64,000 bases of DNA from Octopus bimaculoides. Its lineage: Eukaryota. The notes beneath the pieces were generated by a model. That model worked only from the letters and a program-made list of their open reading frames with translations. It made no database searches and was not told where the DNA came from. Of the stretch, positions 60,986-64,000 are shown one piece after another. The stretch's first letter is position 1. Every line of letters starts with the position of its first letter. The stretch covers positions 88,822,698-88,886,697 of the forward strand of contig NC_068990.1 of assembly GCF_001194135.2 (NCBI RefSeq), given 5' to 3'. The position numbers and the translations under genes were made by a program.

Positions 60986-63638
60986 ACCAATGATGGCTGC
61001 TACTACTACTACTACTACAGATAGACATAGATGTTAAGAGATGAGATGATGTTTGGATTGTCCAGTTCAGAAATAATGTGTAACATAATATCCTTTGCAT
61101 ATATTTAGTCATTTGATTTAGAACTACCATTTCAACGGCTTGTGCTCTTTTACTATTATCAGTATTATAAATACTAAAGGGTTAAATTCTAGAATATACA
61201 CTCCACTATGTGAATCAACATATTTGACACCATTTGTGTAATGAATACTTTCTAGAATGGTGTATCTTGTCAAAGGTTTCACTCTTTAGCATCCATAATA
61301 CAAATTGGTGTTACATATGTTAATGTATTCATACACAGTAGCCTAGTTGTACCATGTCTAAAGTTTAATCTTTTAGCAGTTATAATACAGACAGCTATTG
61401 TTGAAACAGCAGATCTTTGATAAAAGCTGTCCCAGCAGTAACCATTGTTTCTTATTGACTATAGTGTATCTAGGAGATTTTTACGATAGTATAGAATACT
61501 CTAGTAGAGATTTGGTTGTTATTTTTAGCAATTGTGAAAGTTATCTTGTACTGATAACACTGACAGCATTAGATATATTGATGTATAGCTATTGTAGTTT
61601 GATGATCAGCAATATGGAAATTCATATAATTAGATGTGAGGTGCTTGTGACAATAACTATAAACAGCTCTCATTCCTTGGCACTGAATACTATTTTAAAC
61701 TTCCCACTGTTACGTAAATATGCTATACACAGATATATTGAAATATTCAGATAAATCAAAGCAATCTCTCTTGCATCCTTTGTGATGTTTAATGTTTATA
61801 ACTTTAGACATGTAGTTTTCTCATAAAGTACAATTATGAATGTTAAAGGGTTTAACCTTTAGATGCAAAATTATAGATAGTTTTACTTTTAGTTCTAAAG
61901 TACTAAATGAACAAATACCCGCTTTTAAAATATTTAAAGAAGAAAAAAGATTAAATAAAATAAAAGTAAAAAGATTTTTGAAGGACAAAATTGATAAATG
62001 AAATCCAATTTACATTTGTACAACTGCTTCGTCTATCAAGTCAATTTTGTTCTGTACAATAACAGTTATAATACTGCCAGCTTCCTCTTCCACCTATGGG
62101 AGAGAAGGAGATATGGGAAGAAAGTAATTAAAAAAGAATAAAAAGATGGAATAAATATAAAAACTATAAATTATTTCATATATTAAATTGCTAGGATGAA
62201 TTATTTTTAGAATAATTGTAAATTCCCAGACTTCTAATTCATTGCTCTTTTGTAATTCTGATCGACATCAAGAACCCTGTTCCAACTCAGTTATCTGGGC
62301 CCATTTTGAACTCAGAATGTTATTTCAAATACAAAATTTCAATTCTAATAACAGAGGCATCACAGTTTCTCAGAATCTATGTAAATAATGATTCCAATTC
62401 AGAAATCAGCTCTGAAAATGTGTCTTTATATTTAGGAATACAACAGTTAAAGATGATTAGATTAGAGAAGGGGTCAATCAAAAAATTGTGTAGAATATAA
62501 GAACAAGAAAGATAAAGTTGAAATTTTGTATTATGATTTCAGTTTGATTTTTTTAAATCTGATATTTTTATAAATATTAATTTCTTATTCATCAGACTCA
62601 AGGTCACAAATTTAGAGGTGAGGATTTCTCAATAGCTTTAATACACATAGATAATTTTCAGTATTTCAGATAATATGCCAAAACAGTTACAGAAGTCTAG
62701 TGCAGGCTTCTGCCTGACCGACTCCTGTCAAACTGTCCCACCCATGCCAGCATGGAAGGCAGACGTTAAACAATGATGATGATTATGCACAGATCATTTT
62801 CAGATATCAGTGTACACACATACATGCATGAATATGTGTTCAGAAATTATCAGCCTATGAATTCTGTCTCACTTTGTAGAAAAGGAGTGAGTAATAATTA
62901 TGTACAGTACCAAAACAGCTCTTGTACAAGTGATTAGATATAATGGTAACATGCTGTTACAGACAGGCTGATAGAAAAGGTACACTTCATATGTAACAGA
63001 TGCACAGGAGCAGTCAGCAGTAACTTAGATTTGCTCTCTCTCACTGTCTCCTCTAACCCTGCTTATCTCTCAGTGTTCCCTCTTTTCTATTCATGCTGTT
63101 ATAGTCTATTTTCTTTGTCTCTTATCACTCTCTATTTTCCTTATTTTCTCCAGTCAGCTGTACTGAACAGAGATGATATAGGCTAAAGAGGAACTCTTTA
63201 CTTATGTTGAGGACAAACCAAGTTCTCTTGTTCTGGTGTCATAATAAAATGCCTTCAGTACACACTATAAAGTTGGCTGCCCTTGAAAGGGTATCAAGCT
63301 GTAGGAATTATGCCATAAATGTTAGGTACAGGAAGACATGGTCCCCGAGCTGTCTAGGAGGGCAATTATTCCAAATAAGAGCTAACTTGGATCATGATGA
63401 CCAATCCAACCAATGCCAGCATGGAGAGTGGATGCAGAATGTTGATGATGATGCACTCTTACTACTAGGTATTCCTGTGTACTTACCATATATAAAAATC
63501 AGCTAGCCTGTGGTCCCACTCCACTGTAAAATCTGTCCAACCCATGCCAGGATGGAAAATGGATGTAAAGGACATACATACATACACACACACACTCATA
63601 TATGTCATCATCACCATTGTTCATCAATAATGATATAG

Positions 63639-64000
63639 ATGGATGATGGTACGCTTGCACTAAATGAGGCTGCAAAGAAAGAGGTCTGGAGATGCCACTA
63701 CGATAGATTGCTTAATAAAGAGAATGAATGGGAGGAAGAGAGCCTGCCGTATGTTGACCCAATAGAGGGACCAGCTATCCGAGTTGATAGTACCAGGGTA
63801 GATAAAGCAATTAAGAGTATGAAGACCGGGAAAGCCCCCGGCCCATCAGGAATCACTGCAGAGATGCTCAAAATATCTGGCAGTGTTGGCTATAGCCTAG
63901 TCACCCGTATTACGAACCAGGTGATACACGAAGGAGTCATACCCAATGACTGGTGTAGCAGCATCATAGTCAACTGCAACAAAGGTAAAGGTGACGCTTT
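63639..64000 (+). mobile_element. RTE-clade LINE ORF fragment (linker plus start of RT domain), 5'-truncated, running off the window
   Basis: 120 stop-free codons: MDDGTLALNEAAKKEVWRCHYDRLLN...VDKAIKSMKTGKAPGPSGITAEMLK...GVIPNDWCSSIIVNCNKGKGDA; GKAPGPxGIxAE and IPxDW are typical non-LTR RT motifs. Confidence 0.9.

Overview
Eukaryotic, AT-rich, CpG-depleted genomic DNA with four assembly gaps. The SINE families and microsatellites look like those of an octopus (coleoid cephalopod); this is an inference. The window holds one large + strand multi-exon gene, CACHD1 (VWFA and cache domain-containing protein 1, the alpha2delta-like CaV/Wnt-receptor modulator). I could splice 28 GT-AG exons from 20298 to the stop at 47905 in frame: 3699 nt, 1232 aa, covering VWA, dCache domains, a Cys-rich region, a TM helix and a cytoplasmic tail. 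A candidate signal-peptide exon lies at 18718-18912. The first ~18 kb behaves like a long 5' intron downstream of a CpG-retaining promoter-proximal zone, and 47.9-54 kb looks like a long 3' UTR. Introns and flanks carry three SINE families, hAT and piggyBac MITEs, a mariner remnant, and fossils of restriction-like-endonuclease non-LTR elements (HERO-like, R4/Dong-like). A young RTE LINE ORF runs off the right edge. No prokaryotic features (CRISPR, operons, rRNA, tRNA genes) were found. The best leads are an in-frame 18-nt microexon candidate, an intact bacterial-type amino-acid-binding motif in the C-terminal dCache, several perfect intronic hairpins or inverted repeats (possible miRNA or ADAR substrates), a poison-exon candidate and a NAGNAG acceptor. 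Comparisons to human CACHD1 and to repeat consensus motifs are from memory, not from a database search.
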